64,000 bases of DNA from Yuukianura sp. NJ FZ-2021 (lineage: Eukaryota). The translations under genes and the position numbers were made by a program. Of the stretch, positions 1 to 12,602 are shown piece by piece. Where the stretch lies: positions 9,548,001-9,612,000 of the forward strand of contig CM102285.1 of NCBI GenBank assembly GCA_046563655.1. The letters run 5' to 3'. Below the pieces are notes generated by a model, which saw only the letters and a list, made by a program, of their open reading frames with translations, was not told where the DNA came from and searched no databases. The number at the start of each line of letters is the position of its first letter. The first letter of the stretch is position 1.

Positions 1-1269
1 TGTGTAATTCTTCCCGCGTATTTGCTTCCATTGCACTCGTCAAAACTGAGAATAGGAATGGTGACCTTCCGAAGTACGTCAGATATGGAACCGCCTTGAG
101 ACGTCGCTGGAATCACAATTTTGGTTGCAATTGGAATAAATTTTTAGAGTGACGATTGAATCTCGAACGAACATAAATCTTACCTCCAAACCCTACCACG
201 GTGGCATACGTTCCTGTAAAATCAAGGTACCTGGAAGCCACTACACAAGCGGGAACAATCGGACTGGTGCGCTCTAAGTCCACTGGAGGAGAAATTCGCA
301 AAATTGCAATGTCGTTGTCCACTGTCTTCCGGTCATATCCAGGATGCATTTGAATGTTAGTGACAATGTGCCGAGAACCTCCGCCACTTACTGTTTGCTG
401 ATTCAGAATTACGTTGATACCCGAAGCAGACATTCCATCGACACAATGACTTTTGCAAGAAATGAAACAACATAAAGCATAATTTTAAAAGAAGTAGTAA
501 TAGTTGATTCCGAAAACCTGGCTGTTAGAACGATTCTGTCTGCAATCAACGTTCCACCGCAGTAAGGACGGCTGCCTCCTCGTGTCAACGCTGCTGTCCA
601 CGGATAATCCGAAATCCGGGCAACATCTCCTCCCACAATACGACTCGTTGGTCGTCCGCATTCTTTTCATATTGAAAAATTGTGAATAGAAAATAACAAC
701 AAGGTTGTAAAAAAAATTGAGAGAGAAGTTCTCGCACCACACGCGGCTCTGTAAGGCGACGGCACATCACTGCTCACATTTGCATCCAGAATGTCGATCA
801 TAGTTTGCATTAAATCTGGAAACTTTTCGTAAGAAATGGAAGTTGGATCCGATTCAGAATGGTTAGTGACTACAACAATTGTATCGTCTGTGGGAGACTG
901 TGTTGGTGGAGTTTCGTCAAGGCCTTCTGGAAATACTGTCACTGGGCCATCAAATTCTGAAGTGTAAGCATTCGAAACTTAGTGATTCAATTTTAAAACC
1001 CAAGAAAAGTTGGAATATATTTCGCAAGAGTCTTTTACCGTTAATATTTGTGTCTTCCGACTCAGAGGAAGCTTTGGCGTAGTTTGCCTTTAGTGAAAAG
1101 AATTCACACCAATTGGATTATGCAATATTCCATAATTATTTCATCTATTTTTGTCAAATTATTTATTTAGTTATAAAACACTATTCGTTTTCAACATAAT
1201 CGTTTACTAGGAATGATTTCTTACCTTAAATGATAGCAAACTGAAGAGAAAAATCTCCAATGTTTTCAT
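1..1269 (-). CDS. Trypsin-like (S1A) secreted serine protease, multi-exon, 3' end runs off the window
   Basis: ATG at 1269 opens a signal-like MKTLEIFLFSLLSFK followed by a GT donor. Later exons give CGRPTSR/IVGGD, YPWTAAL, CGGTLI, HCVDG (catalytic His), DNDIAIL (catalytic Asp) and PACV. The catalytic Ser exon is outside the window. Confidence 0.85.
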
Positions 1270-1751
1270 CTTTGATTTTCAGAGGTTCTTGTTTTGAAAA
1301 AAAAAATGCAGAACTGGAAATGCACCCTAACTTCAAAAAAATTTACCAAATGTAAATCATACAACTAAATGACGCGCAAAAGTTTTTGGAGAAGTGGAAA
1401 CAGAAGAGGTCATTACTCCCACTTAAATCTTAGCGTGAAGATAAGCACCTTTGGTGTCTTTACTATTTCCGTAATTGTTTTTACGATGTTGTAAGAATTC
1501 TAATGATCTCTAGGGTTCTCTGAATTTTGAATGCAAGATGTGTCAGAAGAACAAGCCAAAGTGAATTCCGTTCAAGAGCATGGAAAATTCGAAAATTGCT
1601 TTGTGGAAATCCATATTTACACAATCCCAAGAAGTAATTTATTACAAACCAAATGCAAAGAATATTGTTAGCAGAAGTGGAAAAGTTTTAGCGATTACTG
1701 AAGAAATAAGTTATTAAAAATAGTGGAATTTCTCCTCAGAACACATTAGAG

Positions 1752-3943
1752 TTACTCGGAGCACCAGTTGGCATCACTCGTACGTGCCAAAATCCACTCA
1801 GGATATTCTGAAATTAAAAAAATTTAGACACCTTAGCAGTACTTTTCGTGTTTGTGTCGGATTCAAAAACTAGATTTTTAGAAACATAATCTAACGTAAT
1901 ATGTATTGTAACATTCTCTTACTTGCAACTCGTGTGTAGACACCGGGAGCTTGAGCCTTAGCACACCTACGGCAAACCGAGTTAAGCGCGGTTAGTTGAA
2001 TTAGTTAAAAGGTTAAATTTTATAGTTAGTTAATTTTAGTATTTGAAAACTCTTAGACAAATCTGGATACCCATATCCCCAAGACACAACTCCAACCAGC
2101 GTCTGTCGATCTCCATTCTCAATTATCAATGGACCTATAATGCACGATTTTGAAAAAAAAATTGAAAACATATCAAAAATTGATTCTGCGATTTTTTTTT
2201 CTAAATACGCAACCTCCAGAGTCTCCCTGTTTAAAACAAAAAAAAAGATGAGATACGTTTGGACACGTTCAAAATGTTGTGACTTTTTGATGCTTCTAAG
2301 TTACCTGGCAGGAGTCTTTCCCTACAAAACAAAACACAGCCAAAAATTAAAACATGGTCGAAAAAACTAAATACTATTCTCATTTAAGAAAATTTTCATT
2401 AATTTTTTACCTCCAGTTTCGATGAAACCAGCGCAAATCTACTCAGAAAAATTTGACATAAATTAGGAGCGGAATTTGTGTTAAAGACGCGGCATTTTAG
2501 CGAGATTACAACAGGCAGGTCAATGCTCCCACTTCCAACATTACACGCTACATGAGATTTGATTTTGCAAATGTTCTTACCATTCCATCTCGGATTTTGT
2601 TTTTGTACTTGGTCTTCGTGTTACAGTCATTGTTAGAGATAATTGGAACCTTCACTTTTCGCAAGCTGGTTGACACGCTTCCCCCTTCCACAGTGGTTCC
2701 CCAACCTAAGAATTTGGTAAAAACAAATTATCCAATAGTTTGCACAAAAACCGAATTTGTGAATACTATTTTGGAAACTTACCTGCGACTGTTCCCATCA
2801 TGGACACAAAGTCATGATCATTGTTTGCAGGCAAACACGCAGGAACTAACTGGGAATTCGACGCTTGAATGTCAACCGGCGTTGCAAGGCGAAGCAGTGC
2901 AATGTCATTCTCAACTGCAAAAGGTCAAAGGTTAAAAAATGCGAAGAGACATACTACGTATTCTACGAACTGAAACCTCTAACCTGTTCGCCTATTGTAG
3001 TTTGGGTGCATAATGATTTTCGATACGGCCATTTTCTTAGCTCCTCCTACAGTTTCTGAAGACAAAAGAAAGTCTTGTTCGTTCAACAGAACTGCAATAT
3101 TTTTCTCACTTTGACCGTCGACGCAATCTAGAAATTAAAAAATTGAAATTTTTAGGTTTAAAAGCAAACCCTGAAATGACAATTTAGCTTTAAATTTGAA
3201 AAGATCCGACTTACGAGATGCGGTCATGACATATCTGTCGTTGATGAGAGTCCCACCTTGAAAAATTTTAAAACATGTTAACCAAATTCCCCAGGAAATA
3301 CAATTCCAAATCCTTTCGTGTTTTGCTTTTTAAAAAACTTAGGGAATATTTCGATTTCTTTAGAATTTTACCGCAAAATGGGCGATTGGTCGTTGCAAAA
3401 GGATTGAGAAAGCTACCACTATTGCGAACCAGCGCTGCTGTCCAAGGAATGTCATTAATTTTAGCAGCTTCTCCATTCACGATTCTTCCAACAGGAAATC
3501 CACAACCTTACACGGAAATCAGGAAATAGGAGTTAAAAACCTGATTTTGTAGGATTTCCTAACCTGTGAATTCGTAAAATTGTAATTTCTTACGGCATGC
3601 TAGTCTCCCACCAGTAATTCGGTTTTGAGAAAATGTCAAATTGAGTTCGTTAACATCGAAATCTTGCGGGAGTGGATCCACAGTAGCAGATTCTTCATCT
3701 TCTCCAACATCTTCAGGTTCCTTTGGAAATCTTTCCCAAATCTTATTCTCTCTGTCTGGAATCCACGGACTTTCACCTGCTTTCTGCAGTTTCTGTTTTA
3801 AAAAAGCAATGTTTTTTTTTATAAACAAATTGTCATCAATTGAAACTTTAGAGAATTTGGACAAACACAATTACCGCAGCATAACTCAAACAATTTGGGA
3901 TTGCCAAAAGTAGAATTAACCGCCACAGATGAGTGTCGCCCAT
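1752..3943 (-). CDS. Trypsin-like (S1A) serine protease, multi-exon, catalytic triad intact
   Basis: Signal-like MGDTHLWRLILLLAIPNCLSYAA; GR/IVNGE; IPWTAAL; TAS-HCVDG; ENDIAL; GKDSCQ-GDSG-GP; GVVSWGYG; PGVYTRV; stop at 1752-1754. The intron boundaries checked read GT-AG. Confidence 0.85.
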
Positions 3944-4366
3944 TGTTCAAATGAGTTGTTCAAACAGGATACAACAGTAGTGAGTTGGACCACTCCAATC
4001 AAATCCAATTCTTTTTAATGTTACTCTCATATGAGGGACTTTGAGTTTTATAAGCTAAATGCTTAAGGTCATGACAGAAATGATGTGCTGAGTACAACAA
4101 TAAATAAGTTTGGCAATTGGTAATGGTTGACGAGTGCCAACTTTCCAGGAATAATTATTAAGCAACACAGTTTGTGTTAACTAGGCCTGTTAGATTCAGG
4201 GCCTCTAATTGATATGGATTTGGCAATACTACTTCTTTTATGGATTTTTTGGAATCCTTACTGCACTTTTCTATTTCAGTTGCAAAAGAAAGTTTCAGCA
4301 ATTTCAATAGCAGAATGACCCAGTTTTATTTCTGGCATAGAATAAATAAATAAGTCTTTCGAAATT

Positions 4367-6076
4367 TCAAACTTTTTTGGAAAACACTTGGCAGTATTGA
4401 GCATCCAGTGTATTTTCTAGGATCCATTTTGTGAATAACGTCACTCTGGTGTATACGCCTGGGGCTCCTAAAGAATCAAGCGACACAAAATTTTGCACAA
4501 TCAAAATTCAAGTTTTCAAACCAAATATTCTAAATCATTTTTGATATTTCAAAAAGAATGATTACTTGGTTCAGCACAACCGAATCCCCATGAAACTACT
4601 CCAACTAGAACTGCGGTACCTTCGTCCTCCGAGTCTCCCATGTCAAATGTCGTCACGTTTTGACGAATAATTAAGGGCCCTAAAATTTAGATACAAAAGT
4701 CTAAGCTTAAATTGTCGAGTTCATTAAACTAGCGATGTCAAAGGTCAACTAACCTCCGGAATCCCCCTGTTTCAAAGAAATAAAGTTCTAAGCTTTAAAA
4801 TTTCAGTATTTCTTTGAACAATTTTATAAACAAGTTTGGCTTACCTGGCATGCGTCGCCTCCTCCATCTTTGAATCCAGCACACATCATGTTATCCTTGA
4901 ATGTAGAATGAAAATGGGTTAACTTTTTAAAACACTTTTTTTAAAATTTTAAAACGTAAAATGACTGTCGCCGTTACCCGAACAGAGGTGCCGTATTTAC
5001 TGTCCTGTTGACACTCCTCATTGCTCCAAATAGGAACATTGATTTTGAGCAAAGCAGCAGACACCTTCCCTCCAGGGGCTATCTTGCCCCATCCAGCAAC
5101 CGTTCCAGTGTATCCAGCATAAGTATTTTCAGAATCGACTGGAAGACATACCGGATTGACCAGAACAAATTCTTCCCGACTGCCCAACTTGATTGTTCCA
5201 TCGACTTTGAGCAGGGCAATGTCATTAAAATATGCTTTGTACTGGGGATGCTTAATAATTTCCACGACATCAAACACGAGTCGTCCTCCTACAGTTTCAT
5301 TTGATAACAGAAAATGTTCATCGTTGAGCCAAACTTGGATTTCGGATGGTTTCGTGCTGCGGACACAGTGACCTGCTGTGAGCAAGTACTTGTTGTTGAT
5401 GAGCGTTGCGCCACAAAATGGTTGTTCAGCGTCACGAAATGCTACGGCGCTTGTCCAAGGAATGCTATTGATACGCGCTTCTTTGCCGTTGACGATTCGG
5501 CCGAGTGGGCGTCCACAATCTATGTAATATTTCAAATTTTCAAGCTTTTTAAGCAACATTTTTAAAGTTAGCATGAGTTTCTTACCACAAGGTAGTGTAC
5601 CCTGGACAAGGCCGTCAAACATCTCCAGGTTGAATTGTGAAACATCCACAGTCGTGTGCTCTGGAAGATCCAGTGTGAGTAACTCCGAAGTCTCATCGGG
5701 GTTTGGTACAGTTGGAAAATTTAGCAAATCCCAGAGCATGTCTTGCGGAATCCATTTTTTCAAAAAATTTGAAAATGAAAATTTTCCATCGATCGTGTCT
5801 TCTCCAGCGACAGTTCCATTGATTACGGTGCTATTTTCTTGGATTACTTCCATACTCCCCAGCATCTCTCCAAATTCTATAGGAGCTTCATCCTACCGGA
5901 GGGTTAGCAACGGGTCAATGAATTTGGAATTTTGAATCGGGAGATATTGTTTTTTTTTTTACAACGCTGATCTGAATTGAGTAGGAGTTGCGTTTTTTAG
6001 TTACCTTTTTAACGGAATTCCCAGATGCAAACAGGACGAAACCGAAAAATGTTAAGCCTAACGCACACAGCTTCAT
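4367..6076 (-). CDS. Trypsin-like (S1A) serine protease, multi-exon, catalytic triad intact
   Basis: Signal-like MKLCALGLTFFGFVLFASG; CGRPLGR/IVNG; LTAGHC; NDIALL; GWG; GDACQ-GDSG-GP; GVVSWGFGC; PGVYTRV; stop at 4367-4369. Confidence 0.88.
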
Positions 6077-6846
6077 GTTTAAAATTTAAAATAGGAATTA
6101 CAATTACGTGACTGTTCCGATTTGTGTTCTAAAATGATTGATATGTTTCCTTTTTAAACAGAAAAAGAGGAAGAGGAACTTGGCATTGAAACTTTAGTTA
6201 ATCAAATGCATTAATTGGCAAAGTATTAATTTGTTGAAAGTCTCAAGTATGACATTGGCGAGACCTCGAAATTGACGTTAAATCCAGATCATCCAATCTA
6301 TCCGGTTTGAGGCCAAAAAAATCATTTGAGTTTAAAATTTCATCTTGATTTGAACTTGTTCTACTTTTGGGGTAAACAAGGACGTTTTTGGCAATTGACC
6401 AAAAAGGGCAAATCTGTTCTTCATTGTTCCTCAAGTGACATGTTTTAAGTGGATGTAACTGGGTCAATTCGTCGGAATTCTACAAACTCACCTGCGCAAT
6501 TTCACAAGGTTCCCAGTTCTTTTTACCGTAACTTTTAGTGAGTCATCATCGTTAAGGTCATAGGTCATACACAAGTGAGGAAGTCTTTGGTAAAAATCGA
6601 ATTCCACAGAATCAGAACTTCGGTTTCTAGCTTTAGACGCTACGATTCGAATTGGGAAATCAGTTCGTGGCGTCTATGACATTATATTATTGCTTTCTTT
6701 TAAGAATGAATCTACATTTTGATTTTGGTTTCATAAAATCAAAAAATTGAAAAATTCGAATTTATTTTATTGTATTTTAACTTCCGTGTTTTAATTATAT
6801 CGTGCTCAATTCGTTCAAAACGTAATCATTCTGGCGAATAGTTTAT

Positions 6847-8229
6847 TTATTCAATACACCATTCGGCTGCGTCGCTGTTTCTCAAAATCCAGGCTGCATA
6901 TTCTAAAAAAAATCAGAGAAAATACTTTCACTTTTTCAAAATTTTAGAAACTTTAGAACTATTTGTTAAATAATTTACTTGGAACTCGTGTAAACACACT
7001 GGGTGCATCTGATCCACGACAGTTGAGACCCCAAGATCCAACTCCGGCCAAAATCATTCGTCCATTTCGCTCCACCAAGAGTTGACCTCCATGATCTCCC
7101 TGTGATTAAATTTTAAATTACTATTGCTTAGTTATGGTTAAGTTTTTCTTAAGGTGTGATAAGAACCTCACTTGGCATGATTTGGTGCAAATATGATTGT
7201 CTGAGATCAGGCCACGGTACTCATCAAACCGATTGCATTCGGTAGTGCTGATGATGTCCAGAGTCGATTTTTGTAAATTGTCCGATGTGTTTCTTCCGCG
7301 TGAGTCCAGGACGCTGACCCATTCAGTCACTGTGCCCTTCAGGTTGACATAGTCTTCAATCCTAACTGGCAAACAAACGGGACTGATCGGAATTTCAAAA
7401 AAGTCGATTGGGTTCGCAAGTTTGAGTAGGGCCAAGTCATGCTCAATTGTTTTTGGATTGTATTTCGGATGAATTCGAATTTCAGTAATGTCAAACTTGT
7501 GTGTTTGATAAATTGTGGAGCTTGACGGAAGGAAGTCGTCTTCTGCAATGTGGACAGCAACGTCACTTGGTTTCATTTTCAGAAGACAGTGAGCAGCAGT
7601 GATGACCTTTCAAAAAAGAATTCAACTTGACTTCGTTTTAAAGTGAATAATCTTTGGTGAAAAATTTACAATTCGATCGTTGAGAAGAGCTCCGCCACAG
7701 AACACATTTTGAAGTTTGTTCATAACTAAAGTGGCAGTCCATGGAACATCGTTTTTGAATGGTTCACTGTCCAGATATCGAGTCTGACGCCAAGGGCTTC
7801 TGCCACATTCTAATAAAAGTTGGTTTGGTTTTCAAAATTCTAAGATCCAACACATTTAAAAAGAAAAGTTGCTTACGACAAAACTTTTGACCAATGACGA
7901 ACCCATCATTTCCAACAGAAGTGTTCAATTTGGTGGCATCAAATGGTTCTGGAACAATTCCACCATTTCGGTTTTCTAGAACTTGCTCTGGCATTATGGG
8001 AAATTTGAGTTGTGACCAAATTGAAATAGGATGAATCCAGGATTTCGAATTTGCCAAAATTTTGTCTAATTTTCCAAAAATCTACACAGAAAAAGTTTTA
8101 TACGAATCAAAATGTTGTCAAATTATTTAAAAATAGTAATAAAATCTGATTTACCTTGTCATTTGAAGATCCTTTCCAAAATTGTGTGAATAAGAATACG
8201 GTAAAAATTTCTAAAGTATTCGTCTTCAT
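6847..8229 (-). CDS. Serine protease homologue (non-catalytic; Ser replaced by His)
   Basis: Signal-like MKTNTLEIFTVFLFTQFWKG; VPWTATL; CGGALL; AAHC; HDLALL. The active-site motif reads SCQ-GDHGGQL instead of GDSGGPL, and there is no IVGG/IVNG activation site. Stop at 6847-6849. Confidence 0.8.
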
Positions 8230-8724
8230 TTTTTTAAGAAAATTTTTGTTGTGAATACAAAAAACGAAACTGTGTTTAAAGAATTGAGAGGTGTTAAATG
8301 AAACCAATTAAGAATAAAGTCTTGAATCCCTTTAACACAGAATGACGGGTTAGAGCAACAGTGAAATAAGGATGGCTTTGCGTAGGAATAATTTTGGCAA
8401 TGTTTGTGAATTCTGCAACAAAGCAAATCTAGTGAATGAAAACTGTCATCTCGAACTGCAGTTTGCTAAATCAGGTTTCTGCATTCATTAATCCACTTTT
8501 TGCCGAAATTGGTTCAATGATCTCATGCTATAATTCACAAAGGATTCAGAACTTGTACCAGTTTCAAGAAGAATTAATTTATTTATTGCTAAAAAATATG
8601 ACGTATACATTGCTTCATTAGGATTGAAATACTTTCTCTAAACATCACTTTGCAAAAGAGATGCTAATAACTTATAGTGTTTTTAGACTTCAAAAATGGA
8701 AAAAAGAAGATTTTCCTTGAGTTC

Positions 8725-11354
8725 TTATAAGTTTGCGCACCAGAGAGCGTCCTTCGTATTTTCCAAAATCCAACTGACATAGCCTGGTTCATCAAAAAAG
8801 AAAATAGAAATTCTGAAGAGATTCGTTTAAAATTGAAATTAAAGACTTACGTCCAACGCGGGTGTAGACACCGGGACTTTTTGGTGCAGCGCAACCTATT
8901 GAAAATGTTGTAAATTTAAGTAACTGCCAAATTTATTAACATTAGGTTAATTATAATTGGAATTTCTAAAAGTCATCATACCAAAACCCCAACTGACAAC
9001 TCCCACCAAGGTTTGCCTCTGATTATTGTCAATAATTAATGGACCTAGGGAAAATTATTAAATTTTGTATTGAAATTTGGTGTCAAAAATGTAATTTGTT
9101 AACTTTCTCAGCACTAAAGTAAACGACTTACCACCAGAATCGCCCTAGTTGGACAAAAAAGTAAATCCAATTAAATGATTTGTCAGTTGTTTTGATGATT
9201 TTTGAATTTTAGAAAGCTTACTTGACACGAGTCTTTGCCTCCTTCCATCAAACCAGCGCAGAGCTAAAAGGTGTCATTTGGAAATTGTAAAATCGTATCT
9301 TTCAAAATCTACTTCAGAAATTCTAGTTATAAGAGAATACCAGCTTACCATGTTTTCACTAATTCTTCCTGAAAATTAAAATTTGCATCAGTATCAACAC
9401 CTTTTTCTCTTGCTAAAATTTCTGTCTTTTACCTTTGTATTTTGTTTCGTCAGAGTTGCAGACGTTATTGGACATTATGGGAACTACGACCTTGCGAAGG
9501 ACGTTAGATTGCTTTCCACCATCACTTATAAGTCCCCATCCTACAAAAGTTGATGGAACAGTGCAGGAGTAAAGATTTAAAAATTATTAATAATGAATCA
9601 AATATTTAATAGGTCCCACCAGCAACAGTTCCATTCATGCCTGCAAAATCGGCATCATTATTGGCCACGACACAAGCTGGGACTACGGTTGAATCAGGGC
9701 CAAATGTAACAGGTTTTGTCAACTTTAAAAGGGCAATGTCGTTGTTCACTACAAAAACAAAGCAACTTGAACCCAACGAGCTACCTATGTCAGTGTGAGA
9801 AAATAAACAGGTCAAAGGTATCAAGCTGACCTGTTCTTCGGTCGTAATCCTTGTGCATTATGATGTCATCCAGGAAGTACTCTTGTTTTCCAGAAGTTTC
9901 ACCGTCAATCAAATAGTCTTCATCATTCATCCAAACTTTAATTCCTCCTGCAAACATCCTTCACACCAAAAACATAATGCTAATGATAGTCAGCTCAAAA
10001 TAATTTGTTCAGTTAGTGTTTACCCATCGACGCAGTCTGAAACAAAATTGAGAGGGATTTTGCAATAAAATTTTCCGAAACCGAATGTATTTTGGTACAT
10101 TTATGAAAGTCTTACGAGATGCTGTGACCACGTATTGATTGTTAATCAGGGTTCCGCCGCAATACCTAATTGTAATTCCAAAGATTTAGAGTCAAGCAGG
10201 CGACATAATTAAACTACAGTATGTTTATGTTTAGGTAACCTGAAACAAAAATTGAAAGAAAACTTCAGTTTCGATTTCTTACGGTTTTTTACTAGCTCCA
10301 AATCCGAAAAATCCGTTTCGAACAAGAGCTACTGTCCATGGAATTGTGTTGATCCTGGCTGTCTCCCCATTGACTATTTTTCCAACAGGAACACCACATC
10401 CTTAATTTACAAATTAAACATTAACATTAATTAATATTCAAAATTTGAAATTTTTTTAAAAAAACTATATAGTATTGTTCTCAAAATTGGACTTTACTGC
10501 AATTTGCTCCTTTGATATCTGACAACGGAGATCCCCGAAGCATCGGAAATGGACCGATATTTGAACTTGGTTGAGAGGTCACAGTTAGAAATTCGGGTTC
10601 ACCCTCTGGCATCACCGTAAAGTTGAGCTCCCGCCATGCTGCAGTTGGATCCCAAATTGTTTGAATAGTTTCTTTCACCACTTCCTCGGCGACTTTCTCT
10701 TCAAAGTCATTCAGCTCATTCTCAGTGACAACTTCAGAAATTTCAGAAACTTCGGTAACTAAAATTAAAAAATTGAAATGCATTTGTATAATTTAACAAA
10801 TAATTTAAAATCTATGATCCATACAACTCTCCAACGCAAGTTCGATTATTTTTAGAATTGGACGATCTGGTCAAGCGGTACAATTTTTCAGCGTCAAGGT
10901 GGGAAAAAAATCTTCTGCAAATTGTCGATTTTTTTCTTCTGTTCCACTCTTTAAGGTGTCACAAACGTGGATAAATCGGACGAGAAACTCACTCGACGCT
11001 CCACTTTTACAATTTTTTTACAAGAATTTTATTCTTATTTGCTGAAAAATTCTGACCTGTTGGCACTTCATCATCTGCTGGAGTCGAATCAGTTGTTGGA
11101 TTGTCTACTTCATCAAGTTCAGGGATGTCACTTCTTTGAAGAACCTTAAAGAAACGGGAAAAAATCCAAAATTATTCCAAATGGAAACCATAAAATTTAG
11201 GCTTATAACTCCGAATTTGAAGTTTGGTTGTGCGTATTATCACCAAAAATTTAATAGGCTTCTCATCAGGGGAATTTATTGCTGGTCCAGCTAAAGATGC
11301 TGAAATATAAAATACAAAAGTGAGACCACCCAGTACACAGTGGATAAGATTCAT
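8725..11354 (-). CDS. Trypsin-like (S1A) serine protease, many short exons, catalytic Asp and Ser motifs intact
   Basis: Signal-like MNLIHCVLGGLTFVFYISASLA; CGVPVGK/IVNGE; IPWTVALV; CGGTLI; NNDIALL; GKDSCQ-GDSG-GP; GVVSWGF; PGVYTRV; stop at 8725-8727. Some N-terminal exon boundaries are uncertain. Confidence 0.82.
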
Positions 11355-12362
11355 GTTGCCGAAGATGCTGAAAATTGGGAACTGAATGCATCAAATGCAA
11401 CATTCAAAGGGAATCAGAACTTGACACAGAAACGAATTTCTTTTTGTTAATAAGAAATGAATTTAAAGTTGAAGTTAAGTCCTTCTGTTAAGTGTCTCTT
11501 TCCAAAAGTTGAAGTATCATTTTGGGGTAGGTTTTTGTTAAAAATTGGTCTCTTGGTACTCCTCATCAACCTACTTAAAACGAGTTTAAATTTCAACCTT
11601 TGTATTTTACAGGTTTTTTATGCAATTATAGAGATCCAGTTTCAGTGAAGCTACTAACTCGTAAGCCGTAAAATTGCAAATCACCAAAGAATTGGCGCTT
11701 ATGCAAATATGATATTGGTGTTTAGTAGATTTAACAACACATGGGTACGGTTTTGCTTAGCATGCAAATAGTAACGGTGGTCCTATATTAAATGAATCAT
11801 TGTACAAGTTCATTTAACATTTATTATATTTAATTCACACAAACCGGCTTCTATTGGTTGACCATGCAGTTCAGTACGTTATATTTTAATTTCGTTTTAC
11901 AATTTCGGCCAATACTACATTTTAAAATTTGGTATACATAACAGAATTCCGCACAAATCGTAAGCCACTTATTCCTAAAAGTTCTGCTTTGAAACACTTT
12001 TCAAGCACATAGGCTTCTGCACGTAATAACACAAACGCACCGGACGCATGATTGAAAAGCAAGGATAAAAGTAACACAAGGTCATACGCCTACTTATAAC
12101 AAATGTACTCAGAACATGTACCAAAATGAGTTTATTCTTAGAGCACTGTTTCAAGGCATAACTGGAAACAGGGCAGGGCTAGGAAGAGAAAGCTTAGGGT
12201 TAGAGGATTTTTCAAAATTTTGTTTTTATTGGACTTTTTCCTTTCCTAATTTACTAAATTCAGTAATTGATGGTATGATGAATGATGATGCTACGACGCG
12301 GTTTGAACCTCTTACAGTAAAGATGATATGTAGATGAACACGTTTTACTCAAACGCAACCTT

Positions 12363-12470
12363 CACGCATCAAAATAAAGTACGAACCAAGCCGAAGTCAA
12401 GGCAAATAGCCTTTCAGGAGTGAAACCAAAATATGGGCCACCCCAAGGATTTGGCTAAAGTATAGCAAGT
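12363..12470 (+). promoter_or_regulatory. Conserved upstream module of the ZAD-piggyBac paralogues (copy 1 instance)
   Basis: CACGCAT...ACGA..CCGA...CCAAGG pattern, which recurs at about 17277, 31749, 37290, 42178, 42405 and 47351, each within about 450 bp upstream of an ATG (17277 is separated from the copy 2 ATG by the gap-bounded block). Promoter function is inferred. Confidence 0.45.
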
Positions 12471-12602
12471 ACCGTTTATAAAGTACATTCTTAGTGATAC
12501 GAGATCCAAGTAGGAGTTAGCACAGGAATTTAATTTACTTTATACAGCAAATACTTTATAAAAAATAATTAACAAATACTTCAGGAAACGCAATTTAATA
12601 TA

